From: Candidatus Sulfotelmatobacter sp. | GTDB lineage: Bacteria; Acidobacteriota; Terriglobia; Terriglobales; Acidobacteriaceae | Assembly (NCBI GenBank): GCA_049583505.1 | Contig: JBAUVZ010000217.1 | Span: forward strand, 362-64,361 | Direction: 5' to 3' | DNA length: 64,000 nucleotides | Part shown: one piece after another, positions 27,197-36,782 of the stretch | Layout: each line of letters starts with the position of its first letter | Numbering within the stretch: position 1 is the first letter of the stretch | Notes under the pieces: generated by a model | The model's database searches: none | What the model was told of the DNA's origin: nothing | The model's input: only the letters and a program-made list of their open reading frames with translations | Translations under genes and position numbers: made by a program

Positions 27197-28765
27197 CTAA
27201 TGCACCTGCCGTTCGGCGTGTTTCCAGAACGGGGCACACATCTTCTTTCGATCGATTTTGCCCGCAGCGGTCTTGGGTATCTCGTCAGAAAATTCGACCG
27301 ACTTTGGAGTCTTTACTCCACCCAACTTTTGCTTGCAGTGCGAAATAACCGCTGCCTCGGTCAAGGATACGCCCGGACGAAGCACAACGAATACCTTGAC
27401 TGCCTCTCCCCATGTGTCGTGTGGAACGCCAATCACGGCACACTCGTGGACTTCAGGCAGCGCCATCACGGCCGCTTCCACTTCGGCGCAGTAAATATTA
27501 AAGCCGCCGGAGATGATCATGTCTTTCTTCCGGTCGACGATGTAGACGTAGCCTTCTTCGTCCAGGTAACCGACATCGCCGGTGTGGTGCCAGCCGTGCG
27601 CGCGGATTTCCGCGGTGGCCTCCGGCATCTTGTAATAGCCGCCACAGATGAGCGAGCCACGCGCCACAATTTCTCCGCGCTCGCCCGGCGGCAAAATTCT
27701 GCCGGCGTCGTCCATGATGGCAAGGCGCACCGCCAGCGTGGGCTTGCCGCAACTGGCTAGCCGTTCCGGATGATCCCCGGCGGCCGCTGCCGCCACTGTT
27801 TTCGAATCCAGAAAGGTCAGGACCATCGGCGCTTCCGTCTGACCATAGGACTGACACATGCATGGGCCGAAGACTTCCACCGCGTTTCTTAATTTGTCTG
27901 GAGCCACAGGCGATCCCGCCAAGAGAAAACCGCGCAGGCTGGAATAATCAAACTTGCGCGCTTCCGGATGCGCGAGCAGATTGTAAAGTGCAGTTGGGGG
28001 AAGATAGAGGTGCGTCACCCGATAGCGCTCGATATTGCGAAGTACTTCAAGCGCATCAAACCTGGGCATAATCACATTGGTCGCCCCCAGCGAACACATT
28101 ACGAATGCCAGCACGCCCGCGGCATGCGACAGCGGTGCCGTGTTCAGACACACGGGATGTTCCACATCGCCGCGCCAATAGTGCGTGGCCAACTCTGTCA
28201 TCGTACCCAGCGCGAGATTGGTAACACGAACGCCTTTCGCCGGCCCGGTGGTTCCCCCTGTCGGCACCAGTCCGGCAAGCCGGTCAGGATTTCCGTAGGC
28301 ATCGCCCCAATCCGGCACCTCAGCACCTGAGCCACGCTCCATGAAAGCCTGCAAGGATGGATCTTCGTGATCTCCGCGATCGAGACAGATTACGCCGCGC
28401 AGCGAAGGCACGCGATGCTTGATTTCGCCGACGCTGTCTCGAAACTCGCTGTGATAGAAGAGCCAAGCCATTCCCACGTAGTTCATGTATTCGACGTTGG
28501 CGTCCAGGGCGTTGCGGTAATTAATGGGCACCCACACGGCTCCTGAGCGCATGATGCCCAGCATGCAAAACAGAACTCTGGCGTCATTGTGCGAATAGAT
28601 TCCGGCAGGCTCCTGATCGCGCAATCCGCTGGCACAAAGAGCGCGAGCGATGCTTTCCGTGGCGGCTTGCATCTCGCCATACGACCACGAGCCATCGTCA
28701 GCGATGATCGCTGTGCGATCGAGGTTGTCCTCGACGCCCTTGTCGAAATAGTCGATCGCACGCAT
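27197..28765 (-). CDS. ANL-superfamily AMP-dependent synthetase/ligase (acyl-CoA synthetase-like)
   Basis: PTGGTTGPAKGV (A3 core), YGQTE, GWHHTGDVGYLDEEGYVYIVDRKKD and PKTAAGKIDRKK. Start moved to ATG 28765 (MRAIDYF...), removing a low-complexity extension that overlaps the upstream gene. Confidence 0.85.
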   Translation of the reverse strand: MRAIDYFDKGVEDNLDRTAIIADDGSWSYGEMQAATESIARALCASGLRDQEPAGIYSHNDARVLFCMLGIMRSGAVWVPINYRNALDANVEYMNYVGMAWLFYHSEFRDSVGEIKHRVPSLRGVICLDRGDHEDPSLQAFMERGSGAEVPDWGDAYGNPDRLAGLVPTGGTTGPAKGVRVTNLALGTMTELATHYWRGDVEHPVCLNTAPLSHAAGVLAFVMCSLGATNVIMPRFDALEVLRNIERYRVTHLYLPPTALYNLLAHPEARKFDYSSLRGFLLAGSPVAPDKLRNAVEVFGPCMCQSYGQTEAPMVLTFLDSKTVAAAAAGDHPERLASCGKPTLAVRLAIMDDAGRILPPGERGEIVARGSLICGGYYKMPEATAEIRAHGWHHTGDVGYLDEEGYVYIVDRKKDMIISGGFNIYCAEVEAAVMALPEVHECAVIGVPHDTWGEAVKVFVVLRPGVSLTEAAVISHCKQKLGGVKTPKSVEFSDEIPKTAAGKIDRKKMCAPFWKHAERQVH

Positions 28766-28782
28766 GACCAGATTTCCGCCAG

Positions 28783-29892
28783 TCAGTGAGTCAGACGAAC
28801 CTTGGCGAGACCATGCTCTTCCAGAACCCGCAGTATTTCGTGATGTCCAAAGGCTTCCGCGGGAGAAGCAAAACCAACCTTGCGCGGGGCCGCATGCGCC
28901 AGATGGTGTGCTGCAAACGCCTGTAACAACCCCGTCTGGCGATAACAACAGGTGCCGAAGACCACGCACTGCGCGTAATCGGTGGAACCTCGGCCCACTA
29001 CGACGTCGATGGTGCGTTGCTCGCGCGGGTTTTCGCGAGGCGGCGTTCCCGCTTGTACCGCGTTGGCCATTTCGGCGAGCTTCTTTTCCCGTTCCGCTTT
29101 CGGCAGCGGCCGAATCTGTTCTTCAAACATTTTCTCCGTGGCCGCGACACCTTCCATGATTTGACGATCGAGCAAACCGCCCATCGACCGCACATTCGCG
29201 ATCTGCGGGTGGTTCTTGAACCAAACTGGTTGCGGGAAGCCTCCCCACGCGAGAGCCAACTGAGTTTGCAAATAGCCAGGAATGGCTACATCGTAGCGAC
29301 TGGCACGCGGCCAATCCTTGTATTGATTCTGCTCCAGATAATATGCGTCCGTTTGAATGACTGCAAAAATCGTCTGCGTGGAACCAAAAGTTGGAATGCC
29401 TTTGAACATGGTGACGGTTTCGAGGGTATCGATTGCCCCGGATTCCAGGCAAAGCCGGGCGGAGGCGTCGCTGACCGCGCACATAAAAGCCGTTGCGGGC
29501 GCGGCAAGAAGGCCGCGTTCTCGGAATTTCTCGCCCCAGTTCTCGGCGACCTCACGAATCCAAGCCTGCTCGCCCCCAATGTCGATGTAATGGCAACCCG
29601 CCTTCAAAGCCGCTTCAATAACTCTCGGTCCGTTATAGATGAATGGGCCGGCCGTGTTGCAAACAACCTTGCCGCCATCGAAGATACGCACCAAGTCTTC
29701 GAGAGTGCCGGAGGTTTCCACAATCTCAAAATCGGCGCTTTCAATTCCCGGGACGTGATCCGTCACCTGCTTGATTCTCGCAGCGCTTCTGCCGGCGGCG
29801 ATGAAGGGTGTGTTGTATTCGCGGAGGAATTCGACGATCAATCTTCCGGAGAAGCCATTGGCTCCGTAGACCACTACCGGTCTTTTGCTCAT
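28783..29892 (-). CDS. Saccharopine dehydrogenase-like NAD(P)-binding protein
   Basis: VVVYGANGFSGRLIVEFL Rossmann motif typical of the family. ATG 29892 lies 9 nt after AGGAG. Confidence 0.8.
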   Translation of the reverse strand: MSKRPVVVYGANGFSGRLIVEFLREYNTPFIAAGRSAARIKQVTDHVPGIESADFEIVETSGTLEDLVRIFDGGKVVCNTAGPFIYNGPRVIEAALKAGCHYIDIGGEQAWIREVAENWGEKFRERGLLAAPATAFMCAVSDASARLCLESGAIDTLETVTMFKGIPTFGSTQTIFAVIQTDAYYLEQNQYKDWPRASRYDVAIPGYLQTQLALAWGGFPQPVWFKNHPQIANVRSMGGLLDRQIMEGVAATEKMFEEQIRPLPKAEREKKLAEMANAVQAGTPPRENPREQRTIDVVVGRGSTDYAQCVVFGTCCYRQTGLLQAFAAHHLAHAAPRKVGFASPAEAFGHHEILRVLEEHGLAKVRLTH

Positions 29893-30140
29893 GGGCACCA
29901 GCTCCTGGGAAGGTAGCCTGTTGTTGGCCTAGGCACCATTCTGCCGGGGCGCCCCCTCGGCACACACTATGGCAGCGCAACGCTGCCTGCCCCGGCGAAT
30001 GGCCGCACCCGCCTGTTGGCTAGCCTCAATCGGGCACCAGGCCAGAGGACTTCCCCTGGTTCAGATGCCGATTGTAGGCTAAAGTATCCTTTTTGCCAGT
30101 AGGCACTTTTTTGTAACCTTTGATCCTTAAGGAGACTGAC

Positions 30141-30539
30141 GTGGAAGAATTTTACTGCCCCGTGAAGCTAACCACGGACGTGATTGGCGGCAAGTGGAAA
30201 CCGCTGATTCTGTTTTATTTAGAAGGTGGCACCAAGCGCTTTGGAGAGCTTCGCAAATTGATTCCCGGCATGACCAAGAAAATGCTGACCCAGCATCTGC
30301 GTGACCTGGAGCGCGATGAAGTCATTCGCCGGAAAGTGTATGCCGTGGTGCCGCCCAAGGTTGAATATTCGCTGACGAAGCATGGAGAAAGCCTCAAGCC
30401 CATCCTCAAGCAGATGTCGGCGTGGGGCGCGAAGCACCGCAAGCGCTACGGGATTCCAAGGAGTAAGAACCGGCCGTTGATGTTTCCCAATTCTTCAAGA
30501 CAGTCCGCGGCCTCGCAGCAGGCGCTATCAAGCGGCTAG
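30141..30539 (+). CDS. HxlR family transcriptional regulator
   Basis: CPV...IGGKWK.LIL..L..G.KRF.EL...IPG...KML...LR.LE.D..I.R......PP.VEYSLT..G is the HxlR wHTH signature. GTG 30141 is preceded by AAGGAG. It is divergent from the E1 operon. Confidence 0.85.
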   Translation: MEEFYCPVKLTTDVIGGKWKPLILFYLEGGTKRFGELRKLIPGMTKKMLTQHLRDLERDEVIRRKVYAVVPPKVEYSLTKHGESLKPILKQMSAWGAKHRKRYGIPRSKNRPLMFPNSSRQSAASQQALSSG

Positions 30540-30563
30540 CCCGCAGACAGAGTGCGACGACCT

Positions 30564-31670
30564 TCAGGCGCCCTTCCGCGTCACAACAGGTGGACCCCAA
30601 ATTTCCTCGGCCGTTTCGGCGACCAGGCGTAGCTTGGCCTCCTCATCTCCCACGCTTACCAGGTTGCCCTCGATCGTAGATGCAAAACCGCACTGCGGAC
30701 TGAGCGCCAGCCGCTCCAGAGGGATGAACTGCGAGGCTTGCTCGATGCGCTGTTTCAGTTCGTCCTTGCTCTCCAGGGTTGGCTTCTTGGAGCTGACGAG
30801 TCCCAGGACGACGGTGCGATCTTGGGGAACCTGGCGCAGTGGCTCGAAGCCGCCCGAACGCTCATCATCATATTCAAGAAGAAAGCGGTGAAAACGCGTT
30901 TTCTGAAATACCTTGGTGATCGGGCCGTAATCGCCGGAAGCATAGAACCGGCTTTGATTGTTGCCGCGGCAAAGGTGCAGGCCGAAAATAACGCCCGGGT
31001 GATTGCCAATCACCGCATTGTCCATTTCGGTGGAAAGATCGAGCAGACGGTCGGGATCATTGCCGCGCTGGCGGTATCCCTCGCGCAACTTCGGGTCGAG
31101 CAAAGCGGCATACTGCGGGGAGTCAATCTGGATATACGTGCATCCGAGGCGGATTAACTCTTCGACTTCATCCCGCAAAATGTCGACCAGATCGGCCAGA
31201 TAACTGTCAATCTTGGGATAAGCGGCAGACGACTTCTTGTTGTCGTAATAAGCCGCTGCCTGCTGTGCGCTGATCATGGTCGTTTTGGCAGGATGATTTG
31301 TACGTGCTCGTAAGTAGGTGAACTCCTCGGCGCACAAGGGGCGTTTCCGGCGCAGTTTGGAAATCACGACCGGCCGGGGCTGCAGTACCTCCTCACCTTT
31401 TTCATTGCGGAAAGGAATGGCCCAGCCGCCAAACTTATCAAAGCCCTCCACAGCATCAATCAAGTGCCCGTAGAAAGCGTAGCGGCGCATCTCGCCGTCG
31501 GTGAGTATTTCCAGCCCGGCGCGCTTCTGCAGCTCGACGGCTTCGTCCACCGCCCGGTCCTCGAGAGACTTGAACTCGGAATGTCTGATCTGTCCTTTCT
31601 CATGACGTTCGCGCGCCTCCTTCAAATACGAAGGGCGCAACAGACTTCCAACCACGTCGCTTCGATACAC
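30564..31670 (-). CDS. Cobalamin-independent methionine synthase (MetE C-terminal domain)-like family protein
   Basis: N-terminus VVGSLLRPSYLKEARE and C-terminus LSPQCGF are typical of the MetE/UROD-like family. The substrate is not inferable. Confidence 0.75.
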   Translation of the reverse strand: MYRSDVVGSLLRPSYLKEARERHEKGQIRHSEFKSLEDRAVDEAVELQKRAGLEILTDGEMRRYAFYGHLIDAVEGFDKFGGWAIPFRNEKGEEVLQPRPVVISKLRRKRPLCAEEFTYLRARTNHPAKTTMISAQQAAAYYDNKKSSAAYPKIDSYLADLVDILRDEVEELIRLGCTYIQIDSPQYAALLDPKLREGYRQRGNDPDRLLDLSTEMDNAVIGNHPGVIFGLHLCRGNNQSRFYASGDYGPITKVFQKTRFHRFLLEYDDERSGGFEPLRQVPQDRTVVLGLVSSKKPTLESKDELKQRIEQASQFIPLERLALSPQCGFASTIEGNLVSVGDEEAKLRLVAETAEEIWGPPVVTRKGA

Positions 31671-31682
31671 AAAACCTCCTTT

Positions 31683-33830
31683 TCAATGCCCCTGGACATG
31701 GGCGTCCTGATTGCGGCGAAAGATTGCATATGAGCGGATTGCGGCAGCATCATCGCGAGACAGTTCCGTCGAGAAAGAAACCATTCCTTCTGATTGCAGA
31801 TCGCCGCGCAACACCGTCTCAAACCATGTGTCGTCGGTGAGTGTGCTGCTGCGGCGCAAATCCGGCAGCACTCCTCCACTCACAGCGACATCCCCGTGGC
31901 ATCCGGCACAATAGCGTTGAAAAAGCTGCTCACCTTTGCGAACCGTTGCAGAACTCGCTGGATTTGGCAGCGCCGCCAATGGTGGCGGCTCGGTGGCCTG
32001 CAGGGGAAGCAGGCTCGCCTTCCCCCCGAGTTCGAAGACGAGCATACGGCTAATATTACGTACTCGCCCTGAAGCAAACGAGACTTCTCCCGCGGCCAGC
32101 GGAAACACGCCACCCCAACCTGCGAGTACGGCAATGTACTGTTGGCCTCCAATCTCATAAGTGACCGGACCCGCCATCACTCCGGTCTGAGCCGCGAATG
32201 ACCACAACTTCGCACCAGTATCGGCACGGTAAGCTTCGAAATTTCCGCTGGCCGTTCCTTCAAGCACCAGGTTCCCCGCCGTCGCGAGCGTACCGCCATT
32301 CCAGGGGCCGGGCCGTTCAACCGTCCAGGCAGCCTTTTGCTGCACTGGGTCCCAGGCCACCAATTTTCCTTTCACGGTACCGAGAATCATCTTCTTCACC
32401 TTGGGATCCTGCGGCATGCCGGCCGCCACTACATCGATTCCATAATTTGGGGCCAGCTTCTTCGCCAGGAAACTGTCCGGGAGCTTGTATCTGAAACCGG
32501 CATCGTTGACCGGAATGTAGGCAAGACCGGTGATCGGGCTGTACGACATCGGTTGCCAACTGTGCGCCCCAACTGGCCCGGGCACGATGGGTGCAGGATC
32601 GGCCCCAGCGTACCTCGCCACGGCAGTTTCGATGGGGCGACCGGTTCTCAGATCTACTCCACTCGCCCAGTTGACGAACGTGTAAGGCTTGGCAGAAAGG
32701 AGTTCGCCGTTAGTGCGGTCGATGACATAGAAGATGCCATTTTTCGGCGCCTGCAACAGAACTTTACGAGTACGACCGTCAATGGCGAGGTTGGCGAGGA
32801 TGATATCTTCGGCGGAGTCGAAATCCCAAGCATCGCCGGGGTCTTCCTGATAATGCCAGATGTACTCCCCGGTCTCCATTTTGAGCGCAACAATAGAGCA
32901 GGTGAACAAATTGTCGCCGCCCTTCGGGCTGCGAAATTTTTCGCTCCACGGTGTGCCGTTACCGGTGCCGATGTAGAGCTGATCGAGCTCCGGATCATAG
33001 GCGATCGCGTTCCAAACCGTGCCGCCGCCGCCAAGCTTCCACCACTCCCCACTCCAGGTCTGAGCAGCCTTCGCTAGAATCGGATTTTCAGACGGTTTCG
33101 AGCGATCGCCCGGCACGGTACAGAAGCGCCAGACTAATTTTCCGGTTTCGCTGTCGTATGCCGAAACATAACCGCGCACTCCGAATTCCCCGCCGCCGTT
33201 GCCGATGATCACTTTGCCCTTGACTACGCGTGGAGCGCCCGTAATTGTGTAGCGGAAGTTGGTATCGATGGTAAGCGTTTCCCAAACAAGACGGCCGGTC
33301 TTCGCGTCGAGGGCGATCAAGCGTCCATCGAGAGTTCCGACAAAAATCTTGCCATTCCATGCTGCGACTCCACGACTCACAACATCACAACATGCGTTCA
33401 CAGCCCAATTGCCGGGAACTTTCGGATCAAAGGACCACAGCCGTTCTCCGGTGGCGGCATTCAGCGCGAAGACTTTGCTCCATGCGCTGGTAAAGTACAT
33501 CACGCTGTCGACGACAAGGGGAGTCGCTTCCTGGCCTCTGTTCGTGTCCAGGTCGTAGTGCCAGGCCAATCCGAGTTGGGAGACATTATGATCGTTAATC
33601 TGATTCAACGGGCTGAAACGCTGCTCGCCGTAGGTGCGGCCGTAGGTCATCCAGTTCCCCGGCTCGCGATCTGCGTTGGTGATGCGAGATTCGTTGACAT
33701 CGGCAGGCTTGACAGGATTCTCGGAAGCAACTCTGTTTTGGTTGCACCCCGCGATCGCTGCCAGAAAAACTGTGAGAGCGAGAAGTCTGCTTATGCGGCG
33801 CCGCCGAAGTTTCGGATTTTGAAGTCTCAT
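31683..33830 (-). CDS. PQQ-dependent quinohemoprotein alcohol dehydrogenase (type II), probable lipoprotein
   Basis: Eight-bladed propeller W-motif repeats, a vicinal ACCD Cys pair, and a C-terminal cytochrome c domain CAGCHG. The signal has the lipobox AIAGC. Confidence 0.9.
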   Translation of the reverse strand: MRLQNPKLRRRRISRLLALTVFLAAIAGCNQNRVASENPVKPADVNESRITNADREPGNWMTYGRTYGEQRFSPLNQINDHNVSQLGLAWHYDLDTNRGQEATPLVVDSVMYFTSAWSKVFALNAATGERLWSFDPKVPGNWAVNACCDVVSRGVAAWNGKIFVGTLDGRLIALDAKTGRLVWETLTIDTNFRYTITGAPRVVKGKVIIGNGGGEFGVRGYVSAYDSETGKLVWRFCTVPGDRSKPSENPILAKAAQTWSGEWWKLGGGGTVWNAIAYDPELDQLYIGTGNGTPWSEKFRSPKGGDNLFTCSIVALKMETGEYIWHYQEDPGDAWDFDSAEDIILANLAIDGRTRKVLLQAPKNGIFYVIDRTNGELLSAKPYTFVNWASGVDLRTGRPIETAVARYAGADPAPIVPGPVGAHSWQPMSYSPITGLAYIPVNDAGFRYKLPDSFLAKKLAPNYGIDVVAAGMPQDPKVKKMILGTVKGKLVAWDPVQQKAAWTVERPGPWNGGTLATAGNLVLEGTASGNFEAYRADTGAKLWSFAAQTGVMAGPVTYEIGGQQYIAVLAGWGGVFPLAAGEVSFASGRVRNISRMLVFELGGKASLLPLQATEPPPLAALPNPASSATVRKGEQLFQRYCAGCHGDVAVSGGVLPDLRRSSTLTDDTWFETVLRGDLQSEGMVSFSTELSRDDAAAIRSYAIFRRNQDAHVQGH

Positions 33831-33846
33831 GCTGAGGCGCGCAAAA

Positions 33847-34428
33847 TCACACGTCGAAGAAGACTGTTTCGCGATCTCCTTGAAGTATCACATCGAACAG
33901 CCAATATCCGGGACGGGCTGGATCCCGGCGCGCCATGAGCGTGTCCCGCCGCTCGGGCGGAATCAGTTGGAGCACTGGGTCCTTGTCGTTGGCGGCATCT
34001 CCAGCGAAATAAACTCGCGTGTAGAGCTGCTTCAGCATTCCGCGGGCGAACACCGCAAGGGTCAGATGCGGCGCCTGCAACGTGCCGTTGGGAACGCGTC
34101 CGGGCTTTATGGTCTCAAGCACGCAACTGCCATCTTCTCCAGTGGCGAGACGACCGAAACCGATCCATCCCGGATCGAGCAGTTTGGGTTGCGAATCGTC
34201 CCGATGGTTGTACTTGCCATTGGAGTCAGCCTGCCAAATTTCCAGCATCGCATCATTAACCGGGACGCCGTCGCCATCCAGTACGCGAAACGTGATCCAT
34301 ACCCGTTCTCCCTTGGCCTGCGGACCTGCGACACACCGGACGCAGTGCTCGTCGGTGGTCAGCTCAATCCGGAAAAATGGGCCGACCGTCTGCGAGGGGG
34401 TCGGGACCAGATTCGTGTCAGAGTTCAA
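33847..34428 (-). CDS. pcaG: Protocatechuate 3,4-dioxygenase alpha subunit
   Basis: TPSQTVGPFF N-terminal motif, and it lies directly downstream of pcaH. The start is uncertain: TTG 34428 after GGAGG, or TTG 34458. Confidence 0.85.
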   Translation of the reverse strand: MNSDTNLVPTPSQTVGPFFRIELTTDEHCVRCVAGPQAKGERVWITFRVLDGDGVPVNDAMLEIWQADSNGKYNHRDDSQPKLLDPGWIGFGRLATGEDGSCVLETIKPGRVPNGTLQAPHLTLAVFARGMLKQLYTRVYFAGDAANDKDPVLQLIPPERRDTLMARRDPARPGYWLFDVILQGDRETVFFDV

Positions 34429-35140
34429 AAGGTGTGGCCTCCGGCCCGCGCAACACAATGTCGAACTTGAAACCCTTCGCCCATTGCGGCTGCGTCGTCT
34501 CCAGATCGAATTTCGAAATCAGCCGTTGTCTTGCTCGCTCATCCGGTATGGACTGAAAGATGGGATCGTATTCAAACAATGGATCACCTGGAAAATACAT
34601 CTGCGTCACCAGACGGGAGATAAATGCGGCCCCAAAGACCGAAAAGTGAATATGCGCGGGCCGCCACGCATTGTAGTGATTGAACCACGGGTATGCCCCG
34701 GGCTTAATGGTGATGAAACGGTAGGCTCCGTGTTCATCGGTCATGGTTCGACCCGCGCCACTGAAGTTAGGATCGAGCGGAGCGGGATGTTGGTCGTTAA
34801 TGTGCCGATACCTTCCGGCGGAGTTCGCCTGCCAAATCTCGAGAAGCGTGTTGGGGACGGGCCGCCCGTTGCTTTCGAGAACGCGACCGCTCACGATGAT
34901 GCGCTCACCGATCGGTTCACCCGGGTGCTGGCAAGTCAGATCGTTATCTTTTTCCCCGACCCTTTCATGCCCAAGAACCGGTCCGGTAATTTCCGAAAGC
35001 GTATGCGGCAGCAGGATAAGGGGCCTTAAGGGCGCGCGCTTGACAGTGGCCTGGTAAGGCTCATACAACGACGGCGGCTGACTGTCCCTGGGGGGCCGGG
35101 CATAGGGTCTGATTGAAACGCGCGTAGTCACAGAATCCAT
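34418..35140 (-). CDS. pcaH: Protocatechuate 3,4-dioxygenase beta subunit
   Basis: LLEIWQANSAGRYRH...DPNF.G.GR..TD..G.Y.F.TIKPGAYPW...NAWRPAHIHFS is the intradiol dioxygenase signature with its Fe ligands. Confidence 0.9.
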   Translation of the reverse strand: MDSVTTRVSIRPYARPPRDSQPPSLYEPYQATVKRAPLRPLILLPHTLSEITGPVLGHERVGEKDNDLTCQHPGEPIGERIIVSGRVLESNGRPVPNTLLEIWQANSAGRYRHINDQHPAPLDPNFSGAGRTMTDEHGAYRFITIKPGAYPWFNHYNAWRPAHIHFSVFGAAFISRLVTQMYFPGDPLFEYDPIFQSIPDERARQRLISKFDLETTQPQWAKGFKFDIVLRGPEATPFEL

Positions 35141-35225
35141 GCATCTCCTGGGGTCGACGCGCGCACTTTCGGCAAGAGAGTCATCGCTCGTTTCCGACCA
35201 CTGATCGTTCGCTTAAAGTCGCCGC

Positions 35226-36719
35226 TCACAGTCGCGCGCACACCGACTTGGCTTCGGTATACAACTCTAACGCCGGTTTGCCCCACTCGCGTCCCCAACC
35301 CGACTGTTTGTACCCTCCGAAAGGCAGAGCGGAATCGAAGACGTTGTAGCAGTTGATCCAAACCGTCCCCGCTTTCAACTTTTTCGCCAAAAGATGTGCC
35401 TTGCTGATGTCACGCGTCCATACGGCTGACGCCAGACCGTAAATGCTGTCGTTGGCAAAGCCCGCCACTTCGTTGAGGTCGCTGAACGGAATCGCCGTGA
35501 CTACCGGACCGAAGATTTCTTCGCGGACTACTTTCATGCCCGGCTTCACGTCGACCAGCACCGTGGGTTCAACAAAGTATCCTGGTCCATCGATCTTCTT
35601 GCCGCCGACCACCGCCTTAGCGCCGTCCTTACTGCCGGAGGCGAGATAGCCGCAGACTCGATCTTGCTGTTCTTTTGAAACCAGTGGCCCCATGTTGTTG
35701 GCGGGATCGATTCCTGGACCGATATGGAAGCTCTTAGTGAAGTCGGCAACGCCTTCCACCACTTTGTCGAAAACACTCTTGTGTGCAAACAGCCGCGAAC
35801 CGGCGGCGCAGATTTCGCCCTGGTTAAAGAAAATAGCCATCGCGCTGCCCGGGATAGCCTGTTCCAGGTCGGCATCCTGAAGAACAACGTTCGGGGACTT
35901 GCCGCCCAACTCCAACGAGACCTTTTTCAGATTTCCGCTGGCCGCGTTCAAAATGAGCTTGCCAACCTCGGTCGATCCAGTGAAAGCAATCTTGTCTACA
36001 TCCGGATGGGCTGGGAGAGCGGCTCCGGCCGTTTCTCCGAAACCCGGCACAATGTTGACCACGCCTTCCGGGAAGCCTGCCTCCATGACCAACTCTCCCA
36101 GTCGCAGCGCGGTCAAAGGAGTCTGTTCAGCAGGCTTCAAAACACAGGTGCAGCCCACCGCCAAGGCCGGCCCCAGCTTCATCGATGCCATAATCAACGG
36201 GAAATTCCACGGGATAATCTGACCCACGACACCCACGGGCTCGCGAAGGGTATAAGCGAGGTATTGTGCTCCCTGAGCAGAAATCGGAATCGTGGCGCCT
36301 TCCACCTTCGTCGCCCAGCCCGCGTAGTACCGAAACGCGTCGGACACGGTCGGGACGTCCACAATACGAGAGAAGAACACTGGTTTGCCATTGTCGAGCG
36401 TTTCCAGTTCAGCCAGTTCTTCGTTATGCTCGTCAACTAACTCGGCGAGTTTCCACAGCAGCCTGCCTCGTTCCGACGGCGACATCTCGGGCCATGGGCC
36501 GGATTCGAAAGCTTTGCGGGCAGCTTTGACCGCCAGATCGATGTCGGCTTTACTTCCTTCCGCGACACGCGCCAACACCCCGCCCGTGGCGGGATTGTAG
36601 GTCTCAAAGGTTTTGCCGGAAACCGCATTAACCCATTTGCCCCCGATCAACATTTTCCGCGGTTTGGCGACGAACTCGGTAACACTATTTTGTATTTGCG
36701 GCACTACGGTGGTAGCCAT
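35226..36719 (-). CDS. NAD(P)-dependent aldehyde dehydrogenase
   Basis: FTGSTEVGK, ELGGKSP, the catalytic Cys context (GEICAAGSR) and EEIFGPV. ATG 36719 is preceded by AGGAGG. Confidence 0.9.
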   Translation of the reverse strand: MATTVVPQIQNSVTEFVAKPRKMLIGGKWVNAVSGKTFETYNPATGGVLARVAEGSKADIDLAVKAARKAFESGPWPEMSPSERGRLLWKLAELVDEHNEELAELETLDNGKPVFFSRIVDVPTVSDAFRYYAGWATKVEGATIPISAQGAQYLAYTLREPVGVVGQIIPWNFPLIMASMKLGPALAVGCTCVLKPAEQTPLTALRLGELVMEAGFPEGVVNIVPGFGETAGAALPAHPDVDKIAFTGSTEVGKLILNAASGNLKKVSLELGGKSPNVVLQDADLEQAIPGSAMAIFFNQGEICAAGSRLFAHKSVFDKVVEGVADFTKSFHIGPGIDPANNMGPLVSKEQQDRVCGYLASGSKDGAKAVVGGKKIDGPGYFVEPTVLVDVKPGMKVVREEIFGPVVTAIPFSDLNEVAGFANDSIYGLASAVWTRDISKAHLLAKKLKAGTVWINCYNVFDSALPFGGYKQSGWGREWGKPALELYTEAKSVCARL

Positions 36720-36782
36720 GTCTCCTCCTGCTTGTACCAACTCAATCTGAATCGTAATTTCTCGTGCGCTTTTTCAGATGCT

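Noticed and set aside
28766-28969. 68-codon N-terminal extension of the ANL ligase ORF
   Set aside because: It overlaps the 3' end of the saccharopine-DH-like gene and is compositionally odd. The conserved ligase N-terminus begins at MRAIDYF (ATG 28765).
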